64,000 nucleotides of DNA from Haliotis rufescens (GCF_023055435.1 NW_025963890.1:48174001-48238000), one strand, 5' to 3'; counted from the first letter of the stretch, positions 1 to 13,200 are shown. Program-made: numbers and translations. Notes: generated from the letters alone by a model not told the origin.

Positions 1-678
1 AGACCCTGCAATACCAGCCATCACAGTGAACACAGACACAGGGTCTGGGAGGAGAAGTCCCGCCCACGCCACCAGAGAGGGGGTGACGCTGTAGCCCAAA
101 TTGAACCAGTCAGGTTTATGATAGCTCTCTTCAGGTACCACAAACCCCCATCGCACCCCTCCGAGAAAAGACAGAATGACAGCGCCATAGGCCAGCTGAG
201 CAAAAGCAATCTGTGGCATGTACAGTTGTGACATGGTCATATACACTGGTGCTGACACAAAGGGAATTAAACCAGAAAATCCAAGAACTAAGGCCGGGAC
301 TGGGGATGATCTTAGTTCTTTTAAATTTGTCCACACGGTGAGAGCGCGGGTTTCTCTGTCTTCTGAAATGAATCGTTTCTGGATGCCAATTTCATGTGAT
401 TGTGTGTGCACACGGCTCCATGCTGGAACACAGAATGTAGACAAAAGGAATACACTTCTGTTGCAGAAAACAGCATTATTGTGTTGAAAACTCTTCAATC
501 TTTGACAGTGTTGAAACACATTTGTGTGATGTGTGGACAGTGTTCTTGAAGCATATTCTGGGTCTGCTCTAACCAATCCATGAAAACGTCTTGCTGCTAT
601 ATATCTGCAGCAGGCTAACTGTGTGACAGCAGGGAGTTCCCGGGAAGCTCTTTGTAAAGATGTCAACAGGAGTTTCAT
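1..678 (-). CDS. TMEM69: Transmembrane protein 69 (DUF3429 family), 3'-partial, runs off the window
   Basis: Open frame from ATG at 678 to base 1; it is absent from the ORF track because there is no stop in the window. Translation includes MKLLLTSLQRASRELPAV...SSPVPALVLGFSGLIPFVSAPVYM...AQLAYGAVILSFLGGVRWG...PDWFNLGYSVTPSLVAWAG, matching the TMEM69 motifs GLIPF and YGA.ILSFLGG.RWG. A splice acceptor (ttttcag) at 711-713 places the exon start at 710. Confidence 0.9.
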   Translation of the reverse strand, partial: MKLLLTSLQRASRELPAVTQLACCRYIAARRFHGLVRADPEYASRTLSTHHTNVFQHCQRLKSFQHNNAVFCNRSVFLLSTFCVPAWSRVHTQSHEIGIQKRFISEDRETRALTVWTNLKELRSSPVPALVLGFSGLIPFVSAPVYMTMSQLYMPQIAFAQLAYGAVILSFLGGVRWGFVVPEESYHKPDWFNLGYSVTPSLVAWAGLLLPDPVSVFTVMAGIAGS

Positions 679-1299
679 GATTGGTTGTATATGTAGGAAC
701 AGTTTCTTCCCTGAAAATTTGAGACAGGCATTAAATAACAATATTTGCATACATACCCAATGAAAGCCAGTAAGATGAATGCATGTACCAGAAAATGTAT
801 GAAATAGCATTACTCTTCATAAACTTATTTGCTTGATTGTATAATACCAATTGTTTCAATGGTGGTTTTTTTTATCTATTCTTGCTAACAGTTTCCAAAT
901 TATCTTTACTTACTAATATTAATTTTATTATATGCTATCTGCTATTCTTTGTTACGTAAAAATCAATAGTTCTAGCTGCCTTACAGGCTCCACATAGTAA
1001 GTGCAAATTTGAATGAAGATGAAACTTCACATGGCGAAGTTGCACTGCAATGACAATGCATTGATTACAGTTAGAAATGTTACACACGAAATAATTAAAT
1101 GATATCATTCAATGCAGTCTTTACTGAAAGTGACAGGCCTATAAATAAGATATAACTTTCAACAACCTTGCCGAGGACTACCTCTCGGGAAACTTTACCG
1201 TTGATACTGTTGGTTATCTCCCTTTAGTATTTGACCTGAAAGTTAACCTTTTGCCCTACATTGAATTGACCAATGAATGCCACGATAACAATAGCAGTA

Positions 1300-1554
1300 T
1301 AAAGATAAACCAATCACATGCCTTGTTACACACAAAAAAGTACGTCATTTGCATAGTCTCGCGCGAGATTGTTCGCTAACGAGAATCCGCTCGCAGTTTC
1401 GTTACTTGACGTCATTGGCAGTCGAGAGTTTCTACCCAGATGTCAGTGCGTGTTCCGATCCCGTACAATGTATGGACGTCCGCCATTCTGGTGGCACAGT
1501 CTACGAAGCTCTGCTGGCGCAACTCCCCTCACATAGGAGATTCTGGCCGGCCCC
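1300..1554. promoter_or_regulatory. Bidirectional TMEM69/MED26 promoter region
   Basis: CpG-richer stretch between divergent genes. Contains CCAAT (~1310), the palindrome TCTCGCGCGAGA (1357-1368), and a perfect CRE TGACGTCA (1407-1414) overlapping ATTGG. Confidence 0.55.
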
Positions 1555-4500
1555 ATGCAGTTCACTCCTCTTCAGATAAAAGAGAAACTTCTGAAGGCAC
1601 TTGATGATCAAAATAATGTAAGATTTTTCACCTTTTCGAAGGTGAAAACAGATCACCATTTCGTACCTATGACCGACTTCGCTCAACAACGATGTCTGGT
1701 GCGAAGGAAATGGGTGATCAGTAAACAACGTTCAGCCTTGCAGTTTCGCGATATGTTTCATACCGTACATAAATCTACCTATCCTAGTGGTATGAATATG
1801 AATATTATTTCATATATCACATCTTATTTCAGTATTTGATCTCATTTAGCCGTTATAAAGTCCTGCTGAGTTCGCATTTCGGAGACGCAATCTCCCAAAT
1901 TTGGCCTGATTGAATCCCTGTGAGTCTCTGTAACAGATTGTTTTTTATGCGAAGCACGGTGTTAGTAGCCAAATACTCTCTCAATTATATATTTTCTTTG
2001 CAAATTGCATTCATTTTTCAAAGTTGAAGTTTGTATTTCCCATCTGGGACTCTTTTGGGTAGTTGGACATGCAGATTTTACGAGATTCATAAACCCTGAC
2101 TACCACGTCTGTGAACATGTGTTGCACGATGTTGCTTGAGTAGCGTTAGTTTGCCCATTTCTTATCACTCCGTGATACTTGATCGCATATTTTTTAGGAA
2201 ATGGAGGATTTAGAATTAAAAATGAATATATTACATAAAATGGGGTTTTATTTTTTATTTTTTTTTATATGGAGAACATTGATTAGGGGGGAGGGGGAGA
2301 GATATTTTGTGATGGTCTGATATTTACCTAACATTTTTTAAGTTTTCAGCTCTGAACTTCTGATTGATAAAGGTCTTACTAATATGCACGCACTTAGTTT
2401 ATTTTATATATCTTCAATACATGTAATATAATGGATTTTGTGAATATTTGTTTGCTTCCAATTACAGTGTAATATTATGATGGAAGTTACAAACAGTTGA
2501 CAGAAAAATTGAAAGAATAATATTGCTTATTCATAGACTTAGGTGGATAAATCAGTCCATGTAATGGAAAAAGATAATTTGCTTTTTGCTGTGTTAAGGG
2601 AGACTTGCTCAGTGTTAGGTAGTTTACATTAGCAACTAGAATTATTGAAACTGTCTCATCGAATAGCAAGACATGACAACATGGATCAAGGCATTACAAT
2701 AATGAAATGCCTCAACCAAGTCAGAAGCCTGACCACCTGATCCTGTTAGTCGCCTATAACGACAAGCATCGTCACCTCTTATGGCAAGCATGGATAGTTG
2801 AAGACCTATTTTCTATCCAGATCTTCATGGGTCTCCTATCTCAGAGCTCCAGATAAGCTGCGTATCTGCATAAAATATGCATCAGAAATGCAGAAATACT
2901 CAGTAAAATAAAATCCAAGTGTTTCAAATACGCAACGAACGTTACATATACGCTACAACAATAAAAATTATTGTGAAGTAACCCTGCGTATTCAATTAGC
3001 AAATCAGCAACGTATGAAATTATAAACGGGCATTCCGTCAACCTTGCCAAACTCCACGATGACAGTTACATCATGATCATTTGCCATCACACTTTCTTGT
3101 GGAAGTACTGTGGTATTTTTGAGTCCTATAAAGCTCTCGAACCCACCAGAACACCAGTTTGCAGGGACTAGATGAATAGTGTTTCTAAATATTTAACTTA
3201 AATACTAGTGGGTAACAGAAATTTGAATACCCAGATAGAATTACTGATACCCAATGATTTTAAAATGCATGGGTAAAATACCCACAACACCAAAAGCTTA
3301 TCTGGAGATCTGTATCTACAGCAATTCTCAAACATCCTCAGTTTTTAGTTTCAAAATAAATAAGGTAGTCATAGAAGTAAGATGAGTAAGGTAGAATGAC
3401 TAAGCTATTGTCAATGTTTTTATTGACTACAAAAATACCTTGTCAAATGCTAACAAAATGGTACAGAAAAGACATTGACTTGTTGGAGCCAGTAGTAAAC
3501 AAGAGATGTTATTACTTTTCATTCAATATAAATGTTGCGAAATTGACATTTGAACAATAGTTATTTGTAAAATTTTGATTGTATTTTCTTCTGGTTTAAG
3601 ATTGTACTTACATAATCCTATCACAGATAAGATAAGCTGTGACCACTGCCAGTGGTGGTGACTGACTATATGGGGCAGTTTGACTATTCCAATAGTATGT
3701 TGAGTACTGTGCTTAATGGATTTAAACACTGATGAGACAAGTTTTTTAAACTATCATAATTTCTAGATAATGCAAGATCTTGTTTCACTATCCAGTGTAT
3801 ACAAATGTTTTTAGGTTCTTTAAATCTGTGTGGTTGATTATGACAATGACACAATATTTTATCAGTGATTTTATTTTTCTGGCGACAAAATGGCATTTGG
3901 ATATTTTGTGGATTTTTGTCAGTTTTTAGTTGGACATAGTGTTACATGTTCTATACATTACCAAATTTGATTAAAAGAATGTTAGGACATGTTGTGAGAT
4001 AGTCAATGTTCTAGAAAATTAACCAAGAGCATGAAAGGCTAAAAAGTTACAATTCGCTGTTCAGAGTTGGCATGCCAGACCAATTTCTGGGTTCAAATTC
4101 TGATTCGTCCCTATTTTGTTTCTAGATATGTCAGCACCATGCCCATGCTCGTGTGTTTCCCCAAACTGGTAAACATCTGAGACCTGCATCACTTCGGCTT
4201 TCCTCCAACATTAAGCTGACATGTTGTGATATAACTGGAATACTGTTCAAGGCGGCATGAAATCCAACTCGTTTGAAAATGAACAAACCTGTAACCAACA
4301 TTTCATGTTTATATGATCACATTCACAAGAAACAGAATTCATATCAACATGATTAAGATGTAAAGAGCCAGTGTGAATAATTCAAGTGGCCTAAATGTTC
4401 TTGTTCAAGCTTGTAGATATGAATCGAACAGATTGGAACTGTTGTCGGTCTCATGGGTAAAGCCTCAAATCTGTTTCCAGTTTCGATAGTCACAGTTTGA

Positions 4501-7500
4501 CAGATATTGAGTTGATTCCATTGGTTTTCGACCCTTTAGTTTCATGTCCAGCTGCATGAAAAAAATTTGTGAACTATCTCCTTTCAAATTTCACAGGTCC
4601 CTTGGGCACGCCAGAAATCTATGATTGTGGGTTCAAATCTCGGTTCGCCCCGATTATGTTTCTAGGTTTGTCAGCACCATACCCGTGCCCGTGGGTTTCA
4701 CCGAAGTGGTAAACGTCTGTGACCTGCATCACTTCGGGCTTTCCTCCCACATTAAGCTGACATGCCGCGATATAACTGGAATACTGTTAAAAGCGGCGTT
4801 AAACCAAACTCACTCACTCACTCAAATTTCACAGGCTGCATGATGCATTCTGTTATCGTGGTCAGCTGTCAAAAGCAACATTCTCTCTGACATAGCGTGC
4901 ATCATATTGATTATTGATGTTGATTTGTCAGTGATTGTCAACACTAACTGCACTAGTATTACCAATATCTGTACCAGTTCTACAAGGGTGTTTCCGTGGC
5001 ATTATCAGCACAAAGTCATACATGACTATTTACTAGGTTGAGTCAGCTGCTAAGAAGAATGTTATGATTATTGGGTTTGTCTAGGCTTAAAGGTGGGGTG
5101 GTCGGGTAGCCTAGTGGTTACGCTGAAGACCCAGGTTCGATTCCTGACATGGGTACAATGTGTGAAGCCCATTTCTGGTGTCGCCCCCGTGATATTGCTG
5201 GAATATTGCTAATACCATACTCTCTCAAAGCTTAAGGATACATCATATGTTCATAAAAGTTTCTTTGGATACATGTTACGGAGATTGCTATTTGAAGTTT
5301 TGAAACTATATTTACAAATATTTGTGCAACTGTAGCTTTTAACTTCTACTGGTGTTACATCCGCTACTTGTGGCTCGAAATTGGCCATTTGTCCAAAGCC
5401 TGAGTCTTTTAAAATTCTGTTCAGTCTTGCAAGCTCATCTTATAATAGTCCTCATGAGAACCATGATAACTCTAAAACTGAGAATGATTCCAAAAGCTAT
5501 GTTTGGGCAAGAAGTCTTAAAAGCTTATGGATTTCTGGTGTTCGCCCTCCGTGATATTGCTGGAATATTGCTAAAAAGCGGCGTAAAGCCATGCTCACTC
5601 ACTTAAAGCTTGTGGCACAGGCTGGTGGCATCAAACATGTGCTCTGTGTATTATGTTCCCCACAAAACTTGTCATGACTGGTGTATATTGTTTCAGGGGT
5701 AGTCAAGGTAACCAACTTTAGAAACATGTCCTCATTTAATTAGACGATTCCTGTTATTCAATCAATTTGTTTTTGTGAATTGGTAACTTTACTTGCCATC
5801 ATGTCTTCTGAACGTATGTGTTAATGTCCAATGATGAAGGAATGTTGGGTGTGTTTTAGCATTTAGATTGTTTGATATACTCATAATCTAGAATTATGAT
5901 TTGATAGTAACACATGTATATTGACATATGTACTATTCTTCCATACTATTCAATATTTAATAGAAATACCAGCAGTAGAAACAAACATTTTTAGTCCCTT
6001 TAGCATTTAGCGAAAGGTGTAAAAATGGCAAATTTAACTATTGGGCACTTTTGCAAGGACTACAGGTCTAGTGCCACTGAATACTGAAAATGGGATGTAT
6101 GAAGCCCATTTCTGGTGTCCCCTGCCGTGATGTTACTGGAATATTGCTTAAAGCGGCGTAAATCCCAACTTGCTCACTGAAAATGGGAAGCAGTTTTGTC
6201 CCATCAGCAAAATTATTACATGTCGTGTAGTTTTTATCATGGACTACCACACACTGTCCATATTAAAAAGTATTGTAGTTCTCAGATGTTGTGAGACAAA
6301 TGTCATTAGCACATTTTCATGTTTCAAGCAAATTGATAGGCCTTTCCTGAGTATCATCACCACATGAAAATATCTTTCCATTTTCCTAGAAGGTGAACCA
6401 CTGAGAATATCTGATGATACTAGTGTCTGTCATTTCCGGTCAACTGTAATATGCCTATTTTTCAGGTACGTGATGCAGCGGCAGTGTTGGAGGTCATCTC
6501 CATACTGGAGCAATATCCCATCACTAGGGAGGCCTTGGAGGTAAGGGTATCACAGTAAAGGGGTATTCCAAGCTAACAAAGAAGCTGTTCAGGACGTATC
6601 CTAATACTGGCCACCATCAGTTGATTACATTTCTGACCGCCTCCGTGGTCTAGTGGTAGAGCGTCCGCCCGGAGAGCGGAAGGTCCGGGGTTCGATCCCC
6701 GGCCGCGTCTTACCAAAAGACGTTAAAAGATGGTACTTGTTGTTACCCTGTCTGGCGCTGGGCATTAAGGGGCTAAAACAAGGACTGGTCGGCTCGGAGT
6801 CAGTATACTGTGTCTGAGTGGGATATTCATGCTAAACTGCGGCATGGTATCTCAGTGAGCTAGCACTATAAATCGGCATCAGTCCGGACTAGTACCAGCA
6901 GCCACACAAACACACACACGTACATGCACGTCGCTATATAAGTGCAATAATCTTGGACGCGACATTAACCCTATTTCACCTGACCTGATTACATTTCTCT
7001 CCCTTTAAGACAACTTTAGTAGCTTGTTTAGTAAATAAATTGCTTTTTGAAAGATATTTGCTGTTTTATAAAATGCACTTTAATGATTGATTATGCACAA
7101 ATATTTGCTATCTTGCAGCAAACAAGAATTGGAAAGCATATTAATGAACTTAGGAAGAAAACAACAAATGAACAGTTGGCAAAGAGGGCCAAGAAGCTGG
7201 TGCGCAACTGGCAGAAACTCCTTAACCCTGATCCTGATGTTAAACAAGCAGTTAATGGAGAACGGGTAGTTACCCCACCCCAGCATAGGGGTGTGGCGGC
7301 TCTACAGGGGACAGGTCGGCAAGGTGGCATCTCCTCTCCTGCACTTTCTCACAGGGACTCTATTGCAGGCAGAAAGTGCATGTCTCCAGCTCTGGCTGGG
7401 GGCAAGCCTCTCACACCACAGATAGCTAAAGGGAGCCCTCGTGCTTGCAATTCCCCTGCCCTCAGGGGAGGCAAACCTGCCACCCCAACATTACAGGCCT

Positions 7501-9176
7501 CTCGTCTCAGTCCAGGCCTAAAAAGCACTCCCTCCAGTGGTAAGCCATCCACTCCATCCCTACAAACTGCTCGCAGTAGCCCTGGACTAATGGGCAGGAC
7601 ATCTCAAGCTTTAAGTGGTGGAAGATCCACTACACCAACCCTCTCCCACCTTACCCTAGGGTCCCGAGCATCTCCAGTACTTGGCAACAACTCCCGCAGC
7701 AACAGCCCAGCACTCAAGCATGCCTCCATGGACTCTCCACACTCTTCTAGCCTCAACACCAAGAACACCAACAGTCCAAAAACTCGTTCACCAAAACCAG
7801 AACGTTCCTCGGCATCATTGGGAGGCCGTCCAGCAACCCCAAGTAGTCGTGCCCATACTCCTTGTTTAGGTTCTCGCCCTGTAACACCAAGTAATAACGA
7901 GGACTCAAACTCAAGTTGGCCAAACACGCCATTGTCAGGAGTGCACTATGATCAAGAGAAGAATAATTCAAATTCTAAATTCAAGGGCAAAGGAAAGAGT
8001 GAATCGGACAAGGACAGTTCAGAAGTGTTCGCACGTAAATCAAATCATTCCACTGAGTTTTCAGTTTCGAATTCTAGTGATAAAGGCTCAAGAAAGGATC
8101 AAAGTGACATTTCAAAAACAAATGTTGCAAATAGAAAAAGGACACGAACCAAAAGCCCAGAAAGTGTGCCTAAGAAACAGCCAAAAACTGACAATTCAAG
8201 TCTTTCAAAAGATAAGAGGGATCCTACAATAAATGGGGTTGTAGGCTTTCATAAACATCACAAGGGCGATAAAGTGGACCCTGATAGATCAAATAGTGCT
8301 ACATCGTTAACTTATTCCAGGGGCTGCAGGGAGTTGTCACCTGTTTCCCCAGTTGATACAACTGATGCATCTCGTCATCATATATCAAAGAAACATTTAA
8401 ATTCAAAATCTGACTCTGCAAAGGCTTCAAAACCCCCTAAGGTCAAAACCACCGCTGAGTTGATTGATGAGCTTCAAAAAAGGACTGGTAGTACCAGCTA
8501 TGGTAATGATATCATGAATAAACTTAAGAGCAATCAGATAGAAAAAGAGGTGGATGCACCTCGTTCTGTGTTGCCACCTGGTGTGAAACGACCAAAGAAA
8601 CGTGTCAGTATGAGTAGTGAGAACCTTGCTCTTCTAGATGCTCCATCATCAATGTCACTCAGCGAGACAAAGAATGAGATGGTTCATAAGTTCCTCCAAT
8701 CCTCAGTCAACCAATCATCTGACCAACTCAGTCCATTTAAAGGTGATCGTTTGAATAAGTATGAATCTCCAATGAATTCCTCGCATTCATTTGGAGAAGC
8801 CCATCATGATAGCTTGGGTGACTCCATCAGTGTTAATGCAGATCATCATGCACGTTTCTCGAACAGCGAGGTTAAAACTGAAAATGGTATTGAAGCCAAA
8901 ATGGCAGAGAAGCAATTAAGTGTTGAAGAAATACTAAGACTGTTGCCTCCCCTTGATGCAGAGAGCATTGATTGGGAGTCTCATGAATATTCATTAAGTG
9001 AAGCCACAGCAGGAAAAGAATGTGAAGTGGAACGTTTGCACTCCCAGGAGTGGGACAATGTGAATGGATGTTATGATGTGGATGGGGTGTGGCATGATTG
9101 GTCACAGACTTTGTCTCGTTCAGCATATGATGGTACTCTACTGCACATCTTGCCCTATGTCAATATAGATGACTGA
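1555..9176 (+). CDS. MED26: Mediator subunit 26, 3 coding exons, ~731 aa
   Basis: Exons 1555-1617, 6466-6540 and 7119-9176, all GT-AG and phase 0. N-terminal TFIIS-N-like domain MQFTPLQIKEKLLKALDDQNN/VRDAAAVLEVISILEQYPITREALE/QTRIGKHINELRKKTTNEQLAKRAKKLVRNWQKL. C-terminal Med26_C motif WDNVNGCYDVDGVWHDWSQTL...LHILPYVNID. Confidence 0.95.
2712..2834 (-). mobile_element. SINE-like family D fragment (structured non-tRNA head, duplicated hairpin)
   Basis: The reverse complement reads GACCCATGAAGATCTGGATAGAAAATAGGTCTTCAACTATCCATGCTTGCC...GGCGACTAACAGGATCAGGTGGTCAGG, homologous to the copies at 13398, 52566 and 59469. Confidence 0.8.
2842..3312. mobile_element. Non-autonomous DNA transposon (MITE), ~17-bp TIR, 5-bp TSD (hAT5-like)
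   Basis: Ends are CAGAGCTCCAGATAAGC ... GCTTATCTGGAGATCTG, flanked by TATCT on both sides. A near-identical copy lies in the opposite orientation at 31266-31771. Confidence 0.85.
4055..4270 (+). mobile_element. SINE family C, degenerate copy
   Basis: Similar to 4598-4821 and 54731-55010 (GGTTCAAATTC B-box, ...GACCTGCATCACTTCGG..., tail GATATAACTGGAATACTGTT). Confidence 0.7.
4598..4821 (+). mobile_element. SINE family C, 5'-truncated
   Basis: 14-bp TSD TCAAATTTCACAGG, an (ACTC)n tail, and a B-box GGTTCAAATC. Confidence 0.85.
5092..5265 (+). mobile_element. SINE family A (tRNA-derived)
   Basis: A-box TAGCCTAGTGG and B-box GGTTCGATTCC, then ...GCCCATTTCTGGTGTC...GATATTGCTGGAATATTGCT. Tail-only fragments also at ~5530-5603 and ~6100-6178. 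Confidence 0.8.
6635..6985 (+). mobile_element. SINE family B (tRNA-derived, ~350 bp), full length
   Basis: tRNA-like head GACCGCCTCCGTGGTCTAGTGGTAGAGCG...GGTTCGATCCCCGG and a 13-bp TSD TGATTACATTTCT. Other copies at 47996 and 49415. Confidence 0.9.
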
Positions 9177-12100
9177 TTATGTAACAGTGCTGCCTTTTTA
9201 TATACCCTCACCTCTCCCGACTTGAAACCCGTTGACTTTGTTGTACTTGTTTGTGTGGATTGTTGGCCAAAATCATGCATATCAGTTTAGGGTGACTTTT
9301 TGTTCATCTTCATCTGTAGGTTCTCTTTTGGGTATGACCATGGACAAAAATAACCTTCCCTAATGCATTCCATGTCTGTTTCAAGGGAGGATAATGATAC
9401 ATGATGCGAGTCACAACCAAACAGTATCTGTTCTGTGCACAGCTGTCTACTTTTCACCATTTTCTTTTCAATAATATGACACCACTGTTGTAAACTGTTC
9501 AAGAATATGTTCATGTTGATCTGCAAATGAAAACTCAGGATTGTCACAGGTACGAATACAGATCAAGTCTGATCCTTTGTTCCCGTGTTATAGAAGGAAG
9601 GTTCACAAGTTATATTTATTTTTTAATTTTATGTGAATATAGCAATCTTTGAGAGTAATTATAGCCAAAGACATAAGAAATTGAAATCCGTTATGATCTT
9701 GAACTTACTGACTCTTGCTTTTGACTTGTCCAGTGATACTATGAGTTGTCATGGCACAGAACTTTTGTAACTAAAAATAATTTTTACTCCTCATTGCACA
9801 AACAACTTAAGAGCAGGATATTTTCAAGTAGCAGCATTCAAATTTCAAATTTGATTCAGTCTAGTAGTTGTCACTAAAAATTAGTCTGAAATAGTTTTGT
9901 CGGGGGAAAAAATATAACAGGGTGCTTTGGGTGGGGGGGATTAATGTGTATTGAACAAAACAAAAAAGTTAGGGTTTGTGAATATTTTGCGGCATATTGT
10001 GACATTGTGTGCTCAGTCTTCAACACAGAAGTAAAACCAAAAATGTTCATGATCCCTTATTTTATTTTTATTAGAATTTTAAGCAATGTTATGTTCTTGC
10101 ATGTGGAACACAGGTTGATTTCTGGAGATGGCATTGAAACATAAATCTAGTAAAAGCAAATAGGTTACATGTCAAGTTTTGCAATTTGCCTTCTGATTTC
10201 TGCAAGGCTTTGTTTTACACACAGTATATGTTGTGATTTCAGCTGGTCATTTCCCCCGACTGTCTTCTCCAGCTCAGTCATATGCCATATTTTATGTCTT
10301 TAGTTTTGGTCTAGATACGGGGAGAAATCGGGTAAGTCACAATTTACAAAGTCTACAGAAAGGTAAACTGATACTATCATTTGTCAAAGAGGAATTTATT
10401 TGTGATACAAAACAATAGCTAGAAGTGGTACTATAACAATAATGGGCTTGAAAATATACTACTGGGGAAGTGTGCACCAGTTTATCAGATGTCTGCAAAG
10501 TTTGAGAGTTTTCTAATCTCGCCAGCATGCAGCTATTGGTGCTGAGTATCGGTTGACAACTGAAATGTATTTTTGGGGTCATATTTGTTGAATATTTTCA
10601 CTTTCATTGACATTACTGCGTACATTGTGTTGTCATACTTCCAGTGGCCAAAACATGAGATTTCATCAAGTTAGATTTCAAGAATTATCACCTGTCAGAT
10701 GCTCATCCAAATTAGTGGTATGATATTGATCATGTTGACAAATCCCTGTTTACACTGTCAACTAAACTTTGTATGAATGCATTCTTCTGGTTCTTTTTTT
10801 TCTATTTTTAAAAGCAGAATATCAAAATGACAGTAAAATATGAAGATCCTTACACAACTTGAATACACAGAGTACACCTAGGTGTAGTGATCGTTTACAG
10901 TTGGATCGAGTGGGACTTATGGGAGAAGTAGAGACTGTAGTCGTATTCCTTGTGTTTAATAAGTGGACCTGTAACTGCTGGTTATGTGAAAACAAAATAC
11001 TACTTGTTTAATATCTATGCAACCTGATCTACGGAACTTGAGGTTTAGATTGGGGTGCCAGCCAGCCAGCGTGTAACATGAATCGTGCAATGACAACTGT
11101 TTCATACCACAAGTGGAAAATGTGCAACATATTAATGTTTTCTGAAAATATGCATATTGAATTATTTTGTTTACACTTAGCCACTGCTAGCTTGGCACTT
11201 TCTAGTTTCTGAAAATGTGTTTGCAAATAATTCTCTGTGATTTGTGAGCTGTACATGTTGACCAGATTGCAAAGGCATATTGTATGCTGCTGTTTTTTTA
11301 ATTTTTTTAAGTGTAATGACAAAACACGCACCTTTTTATGTGGGAATCATAAATCAAAAACTTATTTTGTTAACAAATTGGCCATTGCCTTGAATTATTG
11401 AAGATATTTTTGCAGTCTTGGAATAGCATGTTGGTAGTTTGTCCTATGTTCATATTTATTTCTTACTTTCAAACGTTTCTAATATATTTTCAAAATATGT
11501 AAGTGTATGTACATTTACCTATTTTTGCATAATTTAGATAATGCTTAACTCAAGCAATATTTTACATGTAATTATGTTTGTTTCTTGTCACAATTTCTAC
11601 GCACTTCCTGATTAGAGAATTGCAGAGTGACCTAAATTATGGTAAAAAGGTAGCACTGTGCATCTAGTCATGTGACCTGTCGCCGGGCCACGGTGTAAGA
11701 GTTGTGCAAGCGGTGATGAATGGAAGAGTGAAGTGGTGACGTCCCTTTAACACCTCTTGGTATTTGGGAGGCAGAAATGTACTATTTGAAGACTCATTCA
11801 TATTTCTATGATTGTAACTGTCCTCATCATTTCATCTATCAGCCTGTGTATAATTTGCATTAAATTTCTATAAAATTCTATAAATGTTGATTATTTTGTG
11901 GAGTGATGACACAATTTGTTTTGTTCTTGTGAAATGCAGGAACAATAAAGGTATTATTACTGATACTTGTTGTGTGTGTTATGTGTTGCATGTCCTCTGA
12001 TGTCGTATTAGCATATAGTTGTTGCAAACAAATGTCATTTTCTCTCGCAGAGAAAGTGCACAGATGCTCCCCGACCATACGCCTTTTTCAGCACCATAAT

Positions 12101-12178
12101 AGTTCTTGTGAATTTGATATGTGACATGTTTGCTTTTTTCCCCAGATATTTTTGAAACTATTATATAACTGAAATACT

Positions 12179-12347
12179 GTCGGGTGGTCAGGCTTGCTGA
12201 CTTGGTTGAAGCATGTCATCGGTCCCAATTGCGTGGATTGATGCTCTTGATGTCAGTCACTTGATTGTCTGGTCCAGACTTGATTATTTACAGACCGCTG
12301 TCATTTAGCTGGAAAACTGAGTGTGTCAACAACAACAAACAAACAAA
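12179..12347 (+). mobile_element. SINE-like family D, 5'-truncated
   Basis: CGGGTGGTCAGGCTTGCTGACTTGGTTG...TTGTCTGGTCCAGAC...(CAAA)n tail. Confidence 0.8.
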
Positions 12348-13200
12348 TCCCAAATCCTATTTGCTCAATCAATACTTGTGTGGAGGGATGACCCAAGTTC
12401 TCAAGTCCCTGTAACTAATTTGCTGGCTACTACCAGGTAGCTTTGGTAAGCGTCATATTCATGATTTCTCCATTCTGGAAAACACCAGGTCTTAAGATAA
12501 ACATTTAAGCTGGTAGTTGATCCAAGTGACATTAGTGCTGGTGGTGTGGAAGATACAAAATGGCATTTACAACCAAGTTGGCTACTTTTCAAAGAAGGCC
12601 CAGGAAAAATTACTCTTCAAATGATAAAGAACCCCTTGCCTTTCTGTTGTCTTCGCAACATTTTGAGTTGTATTTGGGAACAAATTGTTGAGGTGGAGTT
12701 TGTCTTTCTAAGAATTTACCTTGAGATCAATTAAACATATCTGGGGCAAAGATATACCTGAAGCTCTTTCAGTTTTGCTATTAACGCATGTATAATGGAA
12801 GCATGTCGACATGTTTAATAGAACGTGACATTGTCCTTTTGTAAAAGTTTTCAGTGTATGTGCAAACTTTGTTCATAAAATGTTGTGGCTAGGTTTTTCT
12901 TTACTGGCATCCAAAAAATATACAAAAATTCTGTGCCAGATTTGCCAGACACTTGTTTTGATAATTCTTTCATGCTGCTGGCAAATTAGAGGTTATGAGA
13001 GATTAACATCAAGGCTTAAAAGCTCTGACAGAAAAACACAGATTGGGGCAGTTCTGTTAATCTCGCATTAGTCCACAGTGCTACACAGTGCTTGGGGCAC
13101 ATAGGTTCACAGCAGCCAGAGCTTGTACCAACTAGAATGAGCATTGGATGATCACATGTCCAGACTGATCATGTGTGTCCTGACAGATCGTATGTGTCCC

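Noticed and set aside
6635-6710. tRNA gene calls at SINE heads (also 13201, 26982, 47996, 54731, 63128)
   Set aside because: A/B boxes are present but the cloverleafs are imperfect. Each continues into a shared body and tail, and most are bounded by TSDs, so they are SINEs.
7047-7118. ORF-track start of the 709-aa ORF
   Set aside because: Intronic in-frame read-through. The true exon begins at the acceptor 7118/7119 and the N-terminus comes from exons at 1555 and 6466.
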